A DNA stretch of 64,000 nucleotides from Bdellovibrio sp. (lineage in GTDB: Bacteria; Bdellovibrionota; Bdellovibrionia; Bdellovibrionales; Bdellovibrionaceae). This document shows, piece after piece, positions 1 to 9,904 of this stretch; positions within the stretch are counted from its first letter, which is position 1, and every line of letters begins with the position of its first letter. The stretch covers positions 1-64,000 of the forward strand of contig JAKFBS010000003.1 of assembly GCA_036677065.1 (NCBI GenBank), given 5' to 3'. The notes under the pieces are model-generated. The model did not search any database. It worked only from the letters and a program-made list of their open reading frames with translations, and was not told where the DNA came from. A program made the position numbers and the translations under genes.

Positions 1-1558
1 AATTATTTCAGTAGATGCATTTGGCCGCTTAACGTTAGTTTCATCGCAAACTTTACGTGTAGCTGATTCAGCTAACACAGGTGTTGTTTCAATCGGAAGT
101 AACATTACTGTAAATGGTGCTGGGCAAATTTCATTAACAAATTCAAATGTGACTTCAGCTTTAGGTTTTACTCCGGTTAATCTTACTGGAGATACAATGA
201 CTGGTTTATTAACGACTCCGTCATTAGTTGTTTCAAATACAATTGGTTTAGGTACTGCGGTGAACAACGCTTCAGCGATGTTGGATATTGTTTCAACAAC
301 TAAAGGTATTTTGATTCCGCGAATGACTACTGTACAGCGTGATACGATCACTGTAGATGCAACAAGAGATGGTCTACAAATTTACAATACGACCAATAAA
401 GCGTTAGAATATTACGACGCTGGTATTGGAATTTGGAAAACATTAGTTTCAAATTACAGTGCAGTGACTTCATTGAATGGTTCTGTGTCATCGACGCAAC
501 TTTTCGCGACTGGTTCAGCAGGCACTTCGTTTGTTGTAGCGACAGCGAATGGCGTGCATACATTTAATTTCCCGATGGCAGCAACTACGGGCGTTACACA
601 AGGTGCGATTACAAATACGCAGTACCAATCATTCGTCGATAAAGTTACAGCCGTATCAGGTGTAGTTGGTCAAATCGCAATTACTGGAACAACTTCGTCT
701 CCGGTTGTAGGTTTAGCAACAACAGGTGTGACAGCGGCAACATACACGAAAGTAACGGTAGATATTTACGGACGCATTACAAGCGGAACATCAATCGTTG
801 CTTCAGACATCCCGACAATGGCTGGTGATGTAACAGGTAATATTGCAACAAACACAGTAGCGACTGTGGGTGGTAAAACTGCGGTACAAATTTCACAAAG
901 TGTAAGTGATACAATTGCTGCAACTTCTGCAAATACAGCAAGTACGATTGTTAAACGTGACGGTTCAGGTGGCTTCATTGCAGGAGCGATCAGTCAATTG
1001 ACAGGTGTTTTCAGAGGTTCAATTTCAGGAGAAATCACGGTTCGTGCTCCGGCGACTACAGCAACTTATAATTTAACTTTACCAGCTTCATCGGGTGCTT
1101 TAGGAATGCTTCTTCAAACAGATGGCGCTGGTACAACAAGTTGGATTGATCCATCGGCGATCGGTGCGAATTGCCCAGCCGATATGACGTTAGTTACTGG
1201 AAGTTCAGCAGTAGGGCATAAATCTTACTGTATCGACACAGTTGCGAACGCTGCTGCGAATTTATTAGATTACACGCAAGAAGATGTGGCGACTTCGGCG
1301 ATCACGGCGTGTGAATTACAGCAAAAACATCTTTGCAGTTTAAGTGAAGTCGTCAGAGCTAAAGCCCAAGATGCGAACCTTGGCGGACTTGCCACTGACT
1401 TAATGACTAACCAATACTTTACAAAAATTGCCGGTGGTGGATTGCAAGGTCCAGCTACTGAGATGAGTGTAGTATGTTGGACATCGGGTGGATCAGGAGT
1501 AAGAATTCTTAAAGGAATAAATGCTTCACCAAATGGTCAGTATGTATGCTGTCGTTAG
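1..1558 (+). CDS. 5'-truncated fibre/adhesin protein (phage-tail-fibre-like repeats, Cys-rich C-terminal head domain)
   Basis: The frame is open from position 2 (IISVDAFGRLT...), so the gene starts before the window. Thr/Gly/Ser-rich, with fibre motifs (VTSALGFTP, TYTKVTVDIYGRITSG, STTKGILIPRMT, IVKRDGSG). The C-terminus CPADM..YCID..C..HLCSLSE..CCR resembles an FGE/C-type-lectin-like fold. Confidence 0.75.
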   Translation, partial: IISVDAFGRLTLVSSQTLRVADSANTGVVSIGSNITVNGAGQISLTNSNVTSALGFTPVNLTGDTMTGLLTTPSLVVSNTIGLGTAVNNASAMLDIVSTTKGILIPRMTTVQRDTITVDATRDGLQIYNTTNKALEYYDAGIGIWKTLVSNYSAVTSLNGSVSSTQLFATGSAGTSFVVATANGVHTFNFPMAATTGVTQGAITNTQYQSFVDKVTAVSGVVGQIAITGTTSSPVVGLATTGVTAATYTKVTVDIYGRITSGTSIVASDIPTMAGDVTGNIATNTVATVGGKTAVQISQSVSDTIAATSANTASTIVKRDGSGGFIAGAISQLTGVFRGSISGEITVRAPATTATYNLTLPASSGALGMLLQTDGAGTTSWIDPSAIGANCPADMTLVTGSSAVGHKSYCIDTVANAAANLLDYTQEDVATSAITACELQQKHLCSLSEVVRAKAQDANLGGLATDLMTNQYFTKIAGGGLQGPATEMSVVCWTSGGSGVRILKGINASPNGQYVCCR

Positions 1559-1661
1559 TATTTTTCGTATCTAGACCATAGGCTAGTTCAGTTTTCAGAT
1601 CTCATCCTGATTTTGCATAACTCGATGCTTCTGGTTCAGAATTTCGTAGAGGTGTATTGCT

Positions 1662-2327
1662 ATGTTAAGAGATAGAGTCCAGGAATCCACAGTAACCACA
1701 GGTACAGGAAATTTAACTACAGCCTCAGTGACGGGCTATGTAACGTTTAGTACAGCATTCAGTACTGGTGTCGCGAATCTTTTTTACTACGTAATCAGCC
1801 ATGACGCGAACTGGGAAACTGGTATCGGTTATATGTCGGCGGCAACAACGCTTGTCAGAAATACAGTTTTAGCCAGCTCGAATGCCGATGCATTAGTGAA
1901 CTTCGGCGTCGGCACAAAATATGTGTTCAATACAGCTCCCGCAGATCGTTTTACAAACTGGCGCGGACAAAATTTACAACAACCAGCAATTATGAATTAT
2001 TCTGAAGTCGTAACGGCTTTGGGTGTTGGTGGTGGTGCAAGAGCACTTGATTTGTCATTAGGAAATGTTTTTACAGCAACAAAAAATGCCGCGACGACTT
2101 GGTCTTTCACCAATGTTAATTCTACTGCAAATCGTGCAGTTTCATTTACTTTAATTCTTACAAACGGTGGTACAGGTACAGGCGCAAACAATTGGCCTGC
2201 TTCTGTTAAATGGTCGTATGCAATTGTTCCGACTCTTATAAATTCGGGTGTAGATATTTTAACTTTCATGACTGTTAATAACGGTACAACTTGGCATGGC
2301 ATGCTTGCCAGCGCCGATAGTAGATAG
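1662..2327 (+). CDS. phage tail/structural-like protein
   Basis: N-terminus LRDRVQESTVTTGTGNLT..WETGIG..TLVRNTVLASSN resembles phage tail proteins. C-terminus LDLSLGNVF..SFTLILT..WPASVKW..GVDILTF..GTTWHG is a common tail-fibre C-terminal module. SD-like GAGGTG upstream. Confidence 0.65.
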   Translation: MLRDRVQESTVTTGTGNLTTASVTGYVTFSTAFSTGVANLFYYVISHDANWETGIGYMSAATTLVRNTVLASSNADALVNFGVGTKYVFNTAPADRFTNWRGQNLQQPAIMNYSEVVTALGVGGGARALDLSLGNVFTATKNAATTWSFTNVNSTANRAVSFTLILTNGGTGTGANNWPASVKWSYAIVPTLINSGVDILTFMTVNNGTTWHGMLASADSR

Positions 2328-2338
2328 GTGAATTATTT

Positions 2339-2992
2339 ATGATGGCAATGCGCGCGCGTATGTGCTGCAACAAATACAAACAAGGTACTAGAGCTACTAC
2401 TGTAACAAATGCAGCAACAAGCGGAACATATACCCCGGCAGCCACTTCAAATATCTGGATGGTTCAAGCCCAAATGTGGGGCGGCGGCGGTGGCGCTGGT
2501 GCAAGCAGTACTACTGGTGTCGGCGGCGCAGGCGGCGGATCTTTTTGTAGATACGTATCATATGTAGTTCCAGGAGTTGGTTATGCTTATACGGTAGGTG
2601 CAGCGGGCGTCATGACTGGTGTCGATGGCGGATTAGGTGGAACTGGTGGAACAACTTCATTTAATGGTGGTTCTGCACCAGGTGGAACGGGATCACAAAA
2701 CTCTACTGCTGGTGTCGGTGGTACTGCAACTTCAGGTAATTACGGTGATCCAGCTTTGTGTAACGTAAACGGAAATAATGGAATACTAGGCCAGTCAACA
2801 AATGGTGGTGACGGCGGTGATGGCGCCGGACCAACAGGCGCAGGTACGGGTGGTAACGGTGGTAATGGCGGTAACGGAAATAAAAATGCCGGAAGTGCTG
2901 GAACAGCGCCAGGCGGCGGTGCCGGCGGAGGTTCAATCAATAATAATGCTCCAAAAAATGGAGCTGTTGGCCGGATAACAATAACTTATTAA
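2339..2992 (+). CDS. glycine-rich phage-tail-fibre-like protein
   Basis: WGGGGGAG..GGAGGGSF..YTVGAAG..GGTTSF..GAVGRITITY pattern is typical of Gly-rich tail/adhesin domains. SD AGGTG upstream. Confidence 0.65.
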   Translation: MMAMRARMCCNKYKQGTRATTVTNAATSGTYTPAATSNIWMVQAQMWGGGGGAGASSTTGVGGAGGGSFCRYVSYVVPGVGYAYTVGAAGVMTGVDGGLGGTGGTTSFNGGSAPGGTGSQNSTAGVGGTATSGNYGDPALCNVNGNNGILGQSTNGGDGGDGAGPTGAGTGGNGGNGGNGNKNAGSAGTAPGGGAGGGSINNNAPKNGAVGRITITY

Positions 2993-2999
2993 ATATGAT

Positions 3000-3389
3000 G
3001 TGCTTATGAAGTCTTTAGAATATTTAAAATTAGCTCAAGACCGTGGATTCCAAATTGATTTGGATTGTTCTACCGTATTATTACTGAACAAATACGCGGA
3101 TAAAGACTCAGAAGAATTTCACAGAATAGTTCGTGAAGGCGCAAAATTAGGAAACACCGAACTTATTTTTATAGTTAACAAATTACAAGATGTTGTTCCA
3201 CAGGATATCATGGAGATGTGGATCCGCCAATTAACGGCAGATCCTGAAATCGCTCAGGTTTTAGTGATGTATGCTTTGCGCTGGAATGATTTCAGAAAAA
3301 AAATATTCTTTGATGAATTTGTTAAAACTTTTGCAGATGATCCTCATTACTATTTAAGTCAGGCCATGTTTGCGAACGGAGCATTATAA
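3000..3389 (+). CDS. hypothetical protein
   Basis: 129-aa ORF tightly coupled to both neighbours (TAATG overlap at 3389). The start may be the ATG at 3006. Confidence 0.55.
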   Translation: MLMKSLEYLKLAQDRGFQIDLDCSTVLLLNKYADKDSEEFHRIVREGAKLGNTELIFIVNKLQDVVPQDIMEMWIRQLTADPEIAQVLVMYALRWNDFRKKIFFDEFVKTFADDPHYYLSQAMFANGAL

Positions 3390-3697
3390 TGAAAGTTAAA
3401 ATGCACGCGCGCGTAGAAGACGGAAAAATCGTCCAGGGGCCAGCGGTACTTCCTGAAAACTTTTTCTCTAAAGAATTGAAAAACAATGAAGTGGCGCAAA
3501 TGTCTGTCGTTAGTACCGGTTGGTTGCCAATCATTGATAACAGCACAGATGTTGATTTTAAAAAATTTGCCGTTTCAGCAGATTTTAAAATGGAATTCTT
3601 CTCTGACCGTATCGTTAAAATCCACAAGATAAAAGAATTTCCACCTGAATTTATTGAAGCCTACAATAGACGTGTCAACGCGTTGAAGGGCGAATAA
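3389..3697 (+). CDS. hypothetical protein, possibly a tail-fibre assembly-like protein
   Basis: Small ORF starting MHARVEDGKIVQGP, the style of small proteins that follow phage tail-fibre genes. Translationally coupled. Confidence 0.5.
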   Translation: MKVKMHARVEDGKIVQGPAVLPENFFSKELKNNEVAQMSVVSTGWLPIIDNSTDVDFKKFAVSADFKMEFFSDRIVKIHKIKEFPPEFIEAYNRRVNALKGE

Positions 3698-3698
3698 C

Positions 3699-3911
3699 AT
3701 GATTAGACGCCAGTTCTTAAAAATCATAGGGCAACTTTCGATTTTAGGTTTTGTCTTTAAAGGGCATACTGAAGAGCTAGTTTCGTCTGATTTGGCGCCA
3801 AGAATTGAACCAGAAGTCGTCATCGAATTCCAACAACATTTGTCATTATCTTCAGCTCCATTATCAACGGGGCCGTTGTGCGGACCAAGTTTAGGCAGGT
3901 CGCCAAGATGA
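3699..3911 (+). CDS. small hypothetical protein with twin-arginine-like N-terminus
   Basis: MIRRQFLK resembles the Tat motif RRxFLK. Starts 1 nt after the previous stop and overlaps the next start (ATGA). Confidence 0.4.
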   Translation: MIRRQFLKIIGQLSILGFVFKGHTEELVSSDLAPRIEPEVVIEFQQHLSLSSAPLSTGPLCGPSLGRSPR

Positions 3912-4315
3912 TAAAGTTCACGGTATTTTTACTAGCTTCATTTCTAACTGTAGGTTGCTCTAAAGTTTCTGATTATGTGGCTGGCGTAATTCCTGGTTTA
4001 ATTGAAGAAACCGAACTGGAAAAAGTCGATCCAGGTCTTTGCCCTGCCGACAAACCCAAAGCTTTAGTTGTACAAGGTGTCTGCACTGGTAACTGGAGTC
4101 ATAGTTACGATGCTACAAGCAAAGTCTATACTTGCACTTACACACAAAAAGCGGCGGTTTATTGCCCTCCAGGATCAGTTGTAATCGGTCAGCCTTCAGG
4201 GTGCGGTGGTGAAGTTGAGCAATACACAAAGAAAACTGTTACGAGTGATGCTGCTTGCAATGATCTTTTCTTAAGTGAAGTTCGCGTCGCTTACCGCTTA
4301 GTTTGCTGTATCTAA
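3908..4315 (+). CDS. Cys-rich lipoprotein
   Basis: The ATG at 3908 gives signal peptide MIKFTVFLLASFLTVGC (lipobox). Many Cys; ends in VCCI. Confidence 0.6.
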   Translation: MIKFTVFLLASFLTVGCSKVSDYVAGVIPGLIEETELEKVDPGLCPADKPKALVVQGVCTGNWSHSYDATSKVYTCTYTQKAAVYCPPGSVVIGQPSGCGGEVEQYTKKTVTSDAACNDLFLSEVRVAYRLVCCI

Positions 4316-6715
4316 TCACATCAAAATGCTCGCATACCAATTCTCAAAAATTCGATCAAACTGAATCTGACTAGTAATCCCCAAATGTTTTCTAATTCCA
4401 AGCACCGAAGATAAAACTTCAAGTACCTGCTGGCGTTGCACAGTACTTTGCGTTTGCGCCGTAGAATCACGGTAAAACTTAAGCGACGGAGAATAAAACT
4501 TACGATTCAAAGTATAATACATCTCGACTGCAGCAAATTTATAAATATCAATTCCAGTTAAATCATAAGCTTTCAGCAACGCTTCAATCGCATGTGCATA
4601 CTCGGTCGAAGTCGTAGCCTGCACTTTATCTTCAGTCTGAAAATTCATCTCAGTGTATAAATTCTTATCTTTATCGACTAACTGATTAGAAATAAAATTA
4701 CCCAAGGTCATAATCACAAGACGAATCTGTTTGCGTGCATTTAAAACTTCAGTGCGTAAAGCAGGGTCTTTTAAACTTTCAGAAGCTGATTTTTCAATGC
4801 CTTCCGTGGCTTTGTAAAATAAATCCATCGCTTCAATCATCAGGCAAAGATCAGAAAGTTTAGCGTTATCGATTAAGACACCATTTTGTAAATCAGAAAC
4901 CGCCGCATGAACCACAATGTTCGTCGTCGAATCAAAATTTTCTTCTAGGTAATTCTGAATCGAAACACGGTTATTGTTTTTATCTAATAAATAGATCGGA
5001 GACTTCTCGGTGTACATCTGTTTCAAAGTCTGCGCCGCCAGCGATAAAGCCATACCGACAAGTTCAGCTTTCGGAAAAAGCTGTTTCTTTAATTCTTCAG
5101 ACTGAAACTCGGTGATAAAATCTTGCGCTACAAATTTTGTAACACCGGTGTCATAAGCGGTCGTCTTCCAGTCAGCTAATTGCTGAATCATTTTTGAATA
5201 GAACATCAAAGACCAAGCCTGATCTTTAGCGCGGGTAACAATAGCACCGTGCTCATTTAAAGTCGGGTGAATATAAAAGCGTGGTTCATTAGCTTTAAGT
5301 ACGGTTTTGATATCTTCACTTTGCGGAGCCGAAGTCAGCGGCGTACCACGTTTCATAAACTGAAGCATTTTTTCAACTAAGATAAATTGTGTATCTAAAC
5401 TTTTAGCCGATAAGTTTTCAGCCTGGTTGTAGGCCATTTTAAACATATGTTCAAAATCATTATTTTCAAAAAGATCTAATTGGTTCGTGCCAAGCTCTTG
5501 AGCTAAGCCTTCGCCAATGATATTTTTAAATTTAAGTTTAAATTCATGAAGGCCCGTAAGCTTTTCGGTAATGCTAACTTTGATTTTTTCTTTAATCTGG
5601 GTACCTAGCGTCGTAATCTGCAAAGCACATTGTGTTTGCACAACCGCGGTAACTCCGGTAATGCCGCCGGCATTTAAGTCGTTTTGAATATTGCCAAGGC
5701 CGTAATCTTTAAGTGCCGGGTAAACACCAACTTTAAGAACAATTTTTTTGAAAAAACCGCAGCTTTTTTCTCTGATTAGGCAGGCAATTTCTTTATCGTC
5801 TTTTTTCTTTAAAAAATCATAGAGTTCTTTATTCGCAGAAAGAAAATGCATTTTACGTTCTTCAGCATCTAACATCGACCACGCCATAGCTAGCGCAGCC
5901 AGAGCGGATTCACCGTCGTGAATACGGTTAGTTAATAAACCTAAGTGTTCAGCATTCGCTAAATCATACTGATCTTCAGGAGTTAAAACCGTCTGATTGA
6001 CTGTTACATAATTTTTAAGAATCGCTACAGCATCAGAAAGTTTGGTAGCGGTAGCTAACTGCACAGAAAGCCCTTTCGGAGCCGCGAGCTGTTCGTTAGT
6101 CTGCACTGATAATTCAGCTAGCACCTGAGTTTTTAATTCAGGAAATAATTCTGTGTTTTCAATTTGGTGAAGAACGTTGGCAATCATCTGGTCTGCAATA
6201 GATAACTGAAGCGCAAAAGCCGTAGCCGAAGTCACCTGCAAAGTAGGGCCACTGTTCTGATCAATGATCGCGTTAATACGATCAGTGTCAGACAAAACTG
6301 TTTGTTCAGTTTCATTTAAACCCGAAGACAAGGCGGCATCACTTTGCTGTTCAATTAGAACTAAATATTGGCTATCGACCAGATCTAATTTATTAGAAAC
6401 TGTTTTTTTCTCTGACTGGTGAAAAATGCCTTTGGCTGTATCGACTGCGATTTCATCGCCCATCGCATTGCCGATTTTCATTAAGTACATAGCCTCAGAT
6501 TTTAAATCAACCGAAGTCTTAGCTAAGTATTTTTCACTATGTAAAAAATCAGCAAAAGGTTTTTTGTGCAGTTGAATCAGGTTCACATCATTTGTTACAA
6601 CCATCGGTACATCAGGTGTTTTGCGTTCAGCTTCCTGAGCTTTCGGAGCACAAGATAATAAATAAGCCGTCACAACAAACGAGATCACAATAAAGTTTAA
6701 AAAGTTCTTTTTCAT
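4316..6715 (-). CDS. large lipoprotein with helical N-terminus and C-terminal alpha/alpha-toroid-like region
   Basis: 799 aa; lipobox LLSC; SD GAGGGG. EYAHAIEALLKAYDLTG..Y..AA....LNRKFY resembles six-hairpin-glycosidase-like repeats. Confidence 0.6.
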   Translation of the reverse strand: MKKNFLNFIVISFVVTAYLLSCAPKAQEAERKTPDVPMVVTNDVNLIQLHKKPFADFLHSEKYLAKTSVDLKSEAMYLMKIGNAMGDEIAVDTAKGIFHQSEKKTVSNKLDLVDSQYLVLIEQQSDAALSSGLNETEQTVLSDTDRINAIIDQNSGPTLQVTSATAFALQLSIADQMIANVLHQIENTELFPELKTQVLAELSVQTNEQLAAPKGLSVQLATATKLSDAVAILKNYVTVNQTVLTPEDQYDLANAEHLGLLTNRIHDGESALAALAMAWSMLDAEERKMHFLSANKELYDFLKKKDDKEIACLIREKSCGFFKKIVLKVGVYPALKDYGLGNIQNDLNAGGITGVTAVVQTQCALQITTLGTQIKEKIKVSITEKLTGLHEFKLKFKNIIGEGLAQELGTNQLDLFENNDFEHMFKMAYNQAENLSAKSLDTQFILVEKMLQFMKRGTPLTSAPQSEDIKTVLKANEPRFYIHPTLNEHGAIVTRAKDQAWSLMFYSKMIQQLADWKTTAYDTGVTKFVAQDFITEFQSEELKKQLFPKAELVGMALSLAAQTLKQMYTEKSPIYLLDKNNNRVSIQNYLEENFDSTTNIVVHAAVSDLQNGVLIDNAKLSDLCLMIEAMDLFYKATEGIEKSASESLKDPALRTEVLNARKQIRLVIMTLGNFISNQLVDKDKNLYTEMNFQTEDKVQATTSTEYAHAIEALLKAYDLTGIDIYKFAAVEMYYTLNRKFYSPSLKFYRDSTAQTQSTVQRQQVLEVLSSVLGIRKHLGITSQIQFDRIFENWYASILM

Positions 6716-6728
6716 ATCAACCCCTCAA

Positions 6729-8015
6729 TTAGAAAAATAAAGATAAAGTAAGTTCTTGGCCCGTGCGGCGTTCTACGTTTTTACCGATAACCGTGTCGTA
6801 AGCCATGAAAGACAAACTCATTGGTAATAAACTTTGTTTTTTAAGATAAGACTTAACTGTCGAATAGCTGAAGCTAAGGCTAACTTTGTGCCACATCGCT
6901 TTTGAGTTTCTTGCTAAAGCCGAAGTATCACCTTTGCTTGATGCAGAGTATTTATCCACATTCTTTTGCCCAAATTTATAATCAGCACCGATCTTAAAAT
7001 CCTGGGTTAAATCAAAATCAAGTTGTGTTCCCACTTCAGTCGTGAAACCTTCTTCTAATGTCACTTTGTCTTTAGATTCCTGCCCCGGCAGCACATCTTC
7101 AGAATTTTTCGGAACCCGCACTGTGATTTCTTCAGGCATGACATATCGAAAATTCACATACGGACTTGCCGTTAAAAAAGAACCAACAATTTTGCTATAG
7201 CCAAAAGTATTTTCTAAACTAGTTTTGTGAAAAGTATTTAACGCTAATAAATCATCCGCATTATATTCAGGGCCTGTGGGTAACGTTAATGTCGCTTGGT
7301 GAATAAGTTTAGATTCGCCACTGTCATACATTTTATAAACGCTCACTAATTGAATATCGCCGACAAAGTTTTCAGAGCGATTTTCAATCGGCATATAACC
7401 TTTTTGCGAAAGCGTACTTTGCGTAGCCGCACGCAAATCTGTATCTAAAGCAGCATCTAGGTCAGCAGATAAGCCGCGAAACTGGTTATAGTATTCAACG
7501 TTTGATAACGACTGCTTCATCGAAACTTCGTTAGCGTACTGAATAACCGGAATCCCAATACCCACTGTCCAGTTATCATGAAGGCCGTAAGCATAAACCG
7601 GAGCCACGTATTTAATCGTAGGTTTAGTTTCGAATTCTAAAGTGCCAAGATTAAATAGATCGCCGGCATTATATAGACCAAAGCGGTTGAGTGTTTGCAC
7701 TAGTGTTGCAGCCTGCGGATTAAATTTAGCTAACGTTGGCGCGTCAAATTCAATCGACTTATAGTCTTTTAGTTTTACGAGTTCGCCATCTTCTTGATAA
7801 CGCTGATCAAGACCAGCGATAAAGCCCATTTTAATCGACGAAGTAGAAATATTTTTTGGCAAAGTTTCAGTCTCTAATGAATACGACCTTACAGTGAAAA
7901 AAAGTAAGAATAAGCATACAAAAGTTGGCCAAAACACAGCAGATGCTGTGTGCATCGCACTTTCGTCTAGCACAAAAAAGCGGCTGAATTGTCGCACGAT
8001 ATTACCCCAGACCAT
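6729..8015 (-). CDS. putative outer-membrane beta-barrel protein
   Basis: Signal-like N-terminus, alternating beta-strand pattern, GDIQL..Y..LTLPTG motif, C-terminal LTLSLFF. Start uncertain. Confidence 0.55.
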   Translation of the reverse strand: MVWGNIVRQFSRFFVLDESAMHTASAVFWPTFVCLFLLFFTVRSYSLETETLPKNISTSSIKMGFIAGLDQRYQEDGELVKLKDYKSIEFDAPTLAKFNPQAATLVQTLNRFGLYNAGDLFNLGTLEFETKPTIKYVAPVYAYGLHDNWTVGIGIPVIQYANEVSMKQSLSNVEYYNQFRGLSADLDAALDTDLRAATQSTLSQKGYMPIENRSENFVGDIQLVSVYKMYDSGESKLIHQATLTLPTGPEYNADDLLALNTFHKTSLENTFGYSKIVGSFLTASPYVNFRYVMPEEITVRVPKNSEDVLPGQESKDKVTLEEGFTTEVGTQLDFDLTQDFKIGADYKFGQKNVDKYSASSKGDTSALARNSKAMWHKVSLSFSYSTVKSYLKKQSLLPMSLSFMAYDTVIGKNVERRTGQELTLSLFF

Positions 8016-8146
8016 TTAAATCCCCCCTAATGATCAAAACACCTTCACCTAGAACAAAATGAAAATACTTGTAGTCAATAGTCTAGCGATCTTTAGGCCA
8101 ACAGATTTGGACCTGAAAAAATCAAAAAAACACGTATAATAAATGG

Positions 8147-9268
8147 ATGACCCAGAAAAGAATTTTATTATTTAATTTAATCCTAGCTTCTTTTATTTCT
8201 ATCTATGGTTGTGTGTCGCAAGATCTGCGTTTGCCGGCCACGGCGGGAGAAGTGTATAAAAACACTGACCTTCAGCAATCTTTGATGATGGCGGCACAGA
8301 ACAATAATTTATTCGTGATTTCGCCCGAGGCTTTAACTGATTTAGAAAAAACTGAAGTTGATCTTAAATGCCGTAGTTTTGAAGATCCGTTCTGGTCTGA
8401 AAAATTATCGGTGTATTTAAATTATATGCGCCATCACCCTGAATGGTTTTCACGTTTTCATGTGTTAGAAATTAAAAAGGGCGACCAAGCGCAAGTGCAA
8501 ATGCAAAAAGACTTAGACGGAGCCTCTGTGCTGTCTATTCAATATGTGATGACCGAAGTGCGCGGTAAAGTTTCATATAAAACACAAATCCCGTGCGAAG
8601 GCCGTTTAGCTGAATCCATTGGTAAAGACATTATTAAAACTAATTTTGAATTTCCGACGACTGACGCTTTCGCAAAATTATTAGCTGATTCGCCAGATCG
8701 CGCCCGTGTTGAGCGTTTTCAATTTGCGAATGATTTTTTAATGTACTTAGCCGAACGCGGAGCCATTTTTAAATTCGGGCACGAGCAGTCTTTTGAAAAA
8801 AACAGCAAAGGCCAATACATTATGGCGATGGCATTAAATAAGATGGCCACTGAAGTCAGTTCAAAAAACATGGGCTATTTAAATTTATGGCTTAAAAAAA
8901 TTAATCAAAATTCGCGTCAGGCAGAACTGATCCAGATGTTCGGTTTAGTCAATGATAACGAAATCAAAGCTGGCGTAAAAGTAGATTCAGAAGGCGAATT
9001 CGCCCGTAAAACTATGGGTCAGCCTGATCTGACGTATTTATACATGACTTTCAAACTTGAAGGCGATGACGTGCGTGTGACATCTATCGATGGCTTCAAC
9101 CGTTGTCTGCAAGCTCAAGCTAAAGATTTAGGTTCTGATCTTTTAGGTGGTTTCAGAAATCCTGCCGGCAAAGACGACGAGATCAGAGATAGCTATTTAG
9201 CCCCGGGCTTTAACTGCGACTCGGCAGTGCTTGTGCCTCAAGAAAAAACCACTCAAACATCTAAATAA
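8147..9268 (+). CDS. hypothetical lipoprotein
   Basis: 373 aa; lipobox IYGC followed by RLPAT. Confidence 0.6.
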   Translation: MTQKRILLFNLILASFISIYGCVSQDLRLPATAGEVYKNTDLQQSLMMAAQNNNLFVISPEALTDLEKTEVDLKCRSFEDPFWSEKLSVYLNYMRHHPEWFSRFHVLEIKKGDQAQVQMQKDLDGASVLSIQYVMTEVRGKVSYKTQIPCEGRLAESIGKDIIKTNFEFPTTDAFAKLLADSPDRARVERFQFANDFLMYLAERGAIFKFGHEQSFEKNSKGQYIMAMALNKMATEVSSKNMGYLNLWLKKINQNSRQAELIQMFGLVNDNEIKAGVKVDSEGEFARKTMGQPDLTYLYMTFKLEGDDVRVTSIDGFNRCLQAQAKDLGSDLLGGFRNPAGKDDEIRDSYLAPGFNCDSAVLVPQEKTTQTSK

Positions 9269-9280
9269 ATAACGCATTAA

Positions 9281-9400
9281 ACTCACTCAGGGTTTGGGAT
9301 TACATTGTAGTCCGAAACCCCGAGTGCGGTGCTACTGTCAGCCCAAAAGCGGCGCCTTAACAGCCACGTCCCGATATGAGACAGTGCCGGGTGCTTTAAT
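9281..9400. ncRNA. candidate structured RNA/DNA element, family unassigned
   Basis: GC-rich island in an AT-rich spacer. Imperfect 21-bp-arm palindrome at 9284-9326, then an ACTGTC (9334-9339)/GACAGT (9380-9385) stem enclosing smaller hairpins. Confidence 0.35.
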
Positions 9401-9454
9401 TCAATCCCAGTTGGAACGTTTCTTTCAGTACTTTCTGATAACAGGGAGTAATTT

Positions 9455-9904
9455 ATGAAATTATCAAACTTAGTCATCGTAACCAAAATCGCTTTAGTTC
9501 TTTTAACATTAACTGCGACTACTTTCGCCCAAGCGCAAAATTCTCCTGAAGACTATGAACAAGAACAAGGCCGTATGGAAGCTGCTGCTTATCTTCAAGT
9601 GACTGAAATGAAAAAAGAATTAGATACTATCGTTAAAAAAATCGGAGATTTACAAAACGAAGTGGGTTACGCATCTAAAGAATCACAAGATGATAACGGC
9701 GAATATAGTTCACCAGGCTTAGTAAAAGCTTTAGGTGAAAAGTTAGATATGACAGAAGAATTAAGCACTGAATTTTCAGCGAACGCTATAGAAATGCAAA
9801 AACAATCAGGCGATGAAATATTTAATAGTTATGCTAAAGCCCACAAGATTCTTACAGACGCCCGTAAGAACCTTGCCGATTCAAAAAAACTAGCAGGTCG
9901 CTAA
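9455..9904 (+). CDS. secreted alpha-helical hypothetical protein
   Basis: Signal peptide ending AQA, SD GGGAG, coiled-coil-like composition. Confidence 0.6.
   Translation: MKLSNLVIVTKIALVLLTLTATTFAQAQNSPEDYEQEQGRMEAAAYLQVTEMKKELDTIVKKIGDLQNEVGYASKESQDDNGEYSSPGLVKALGEKLDMTEELSTEFSANAIEMQKQSGDEIFNSYAKAHKILTDARKNLADSKKLAGR

Noticed and set aside
1150..1660. Diversity-generating retroelement target (lectin-like C-terminus)
   Set aside because: No template repeat and no reverse transcriptase seen in the window.
9283..9486. 67-aa minus-strand ORF over the structured element, and the other short antisense ORFs in the track
   Set aside because: They overlap better-supported genes or structures and have no recognisable motifs or SD, so they are treated as shadow ORFs.
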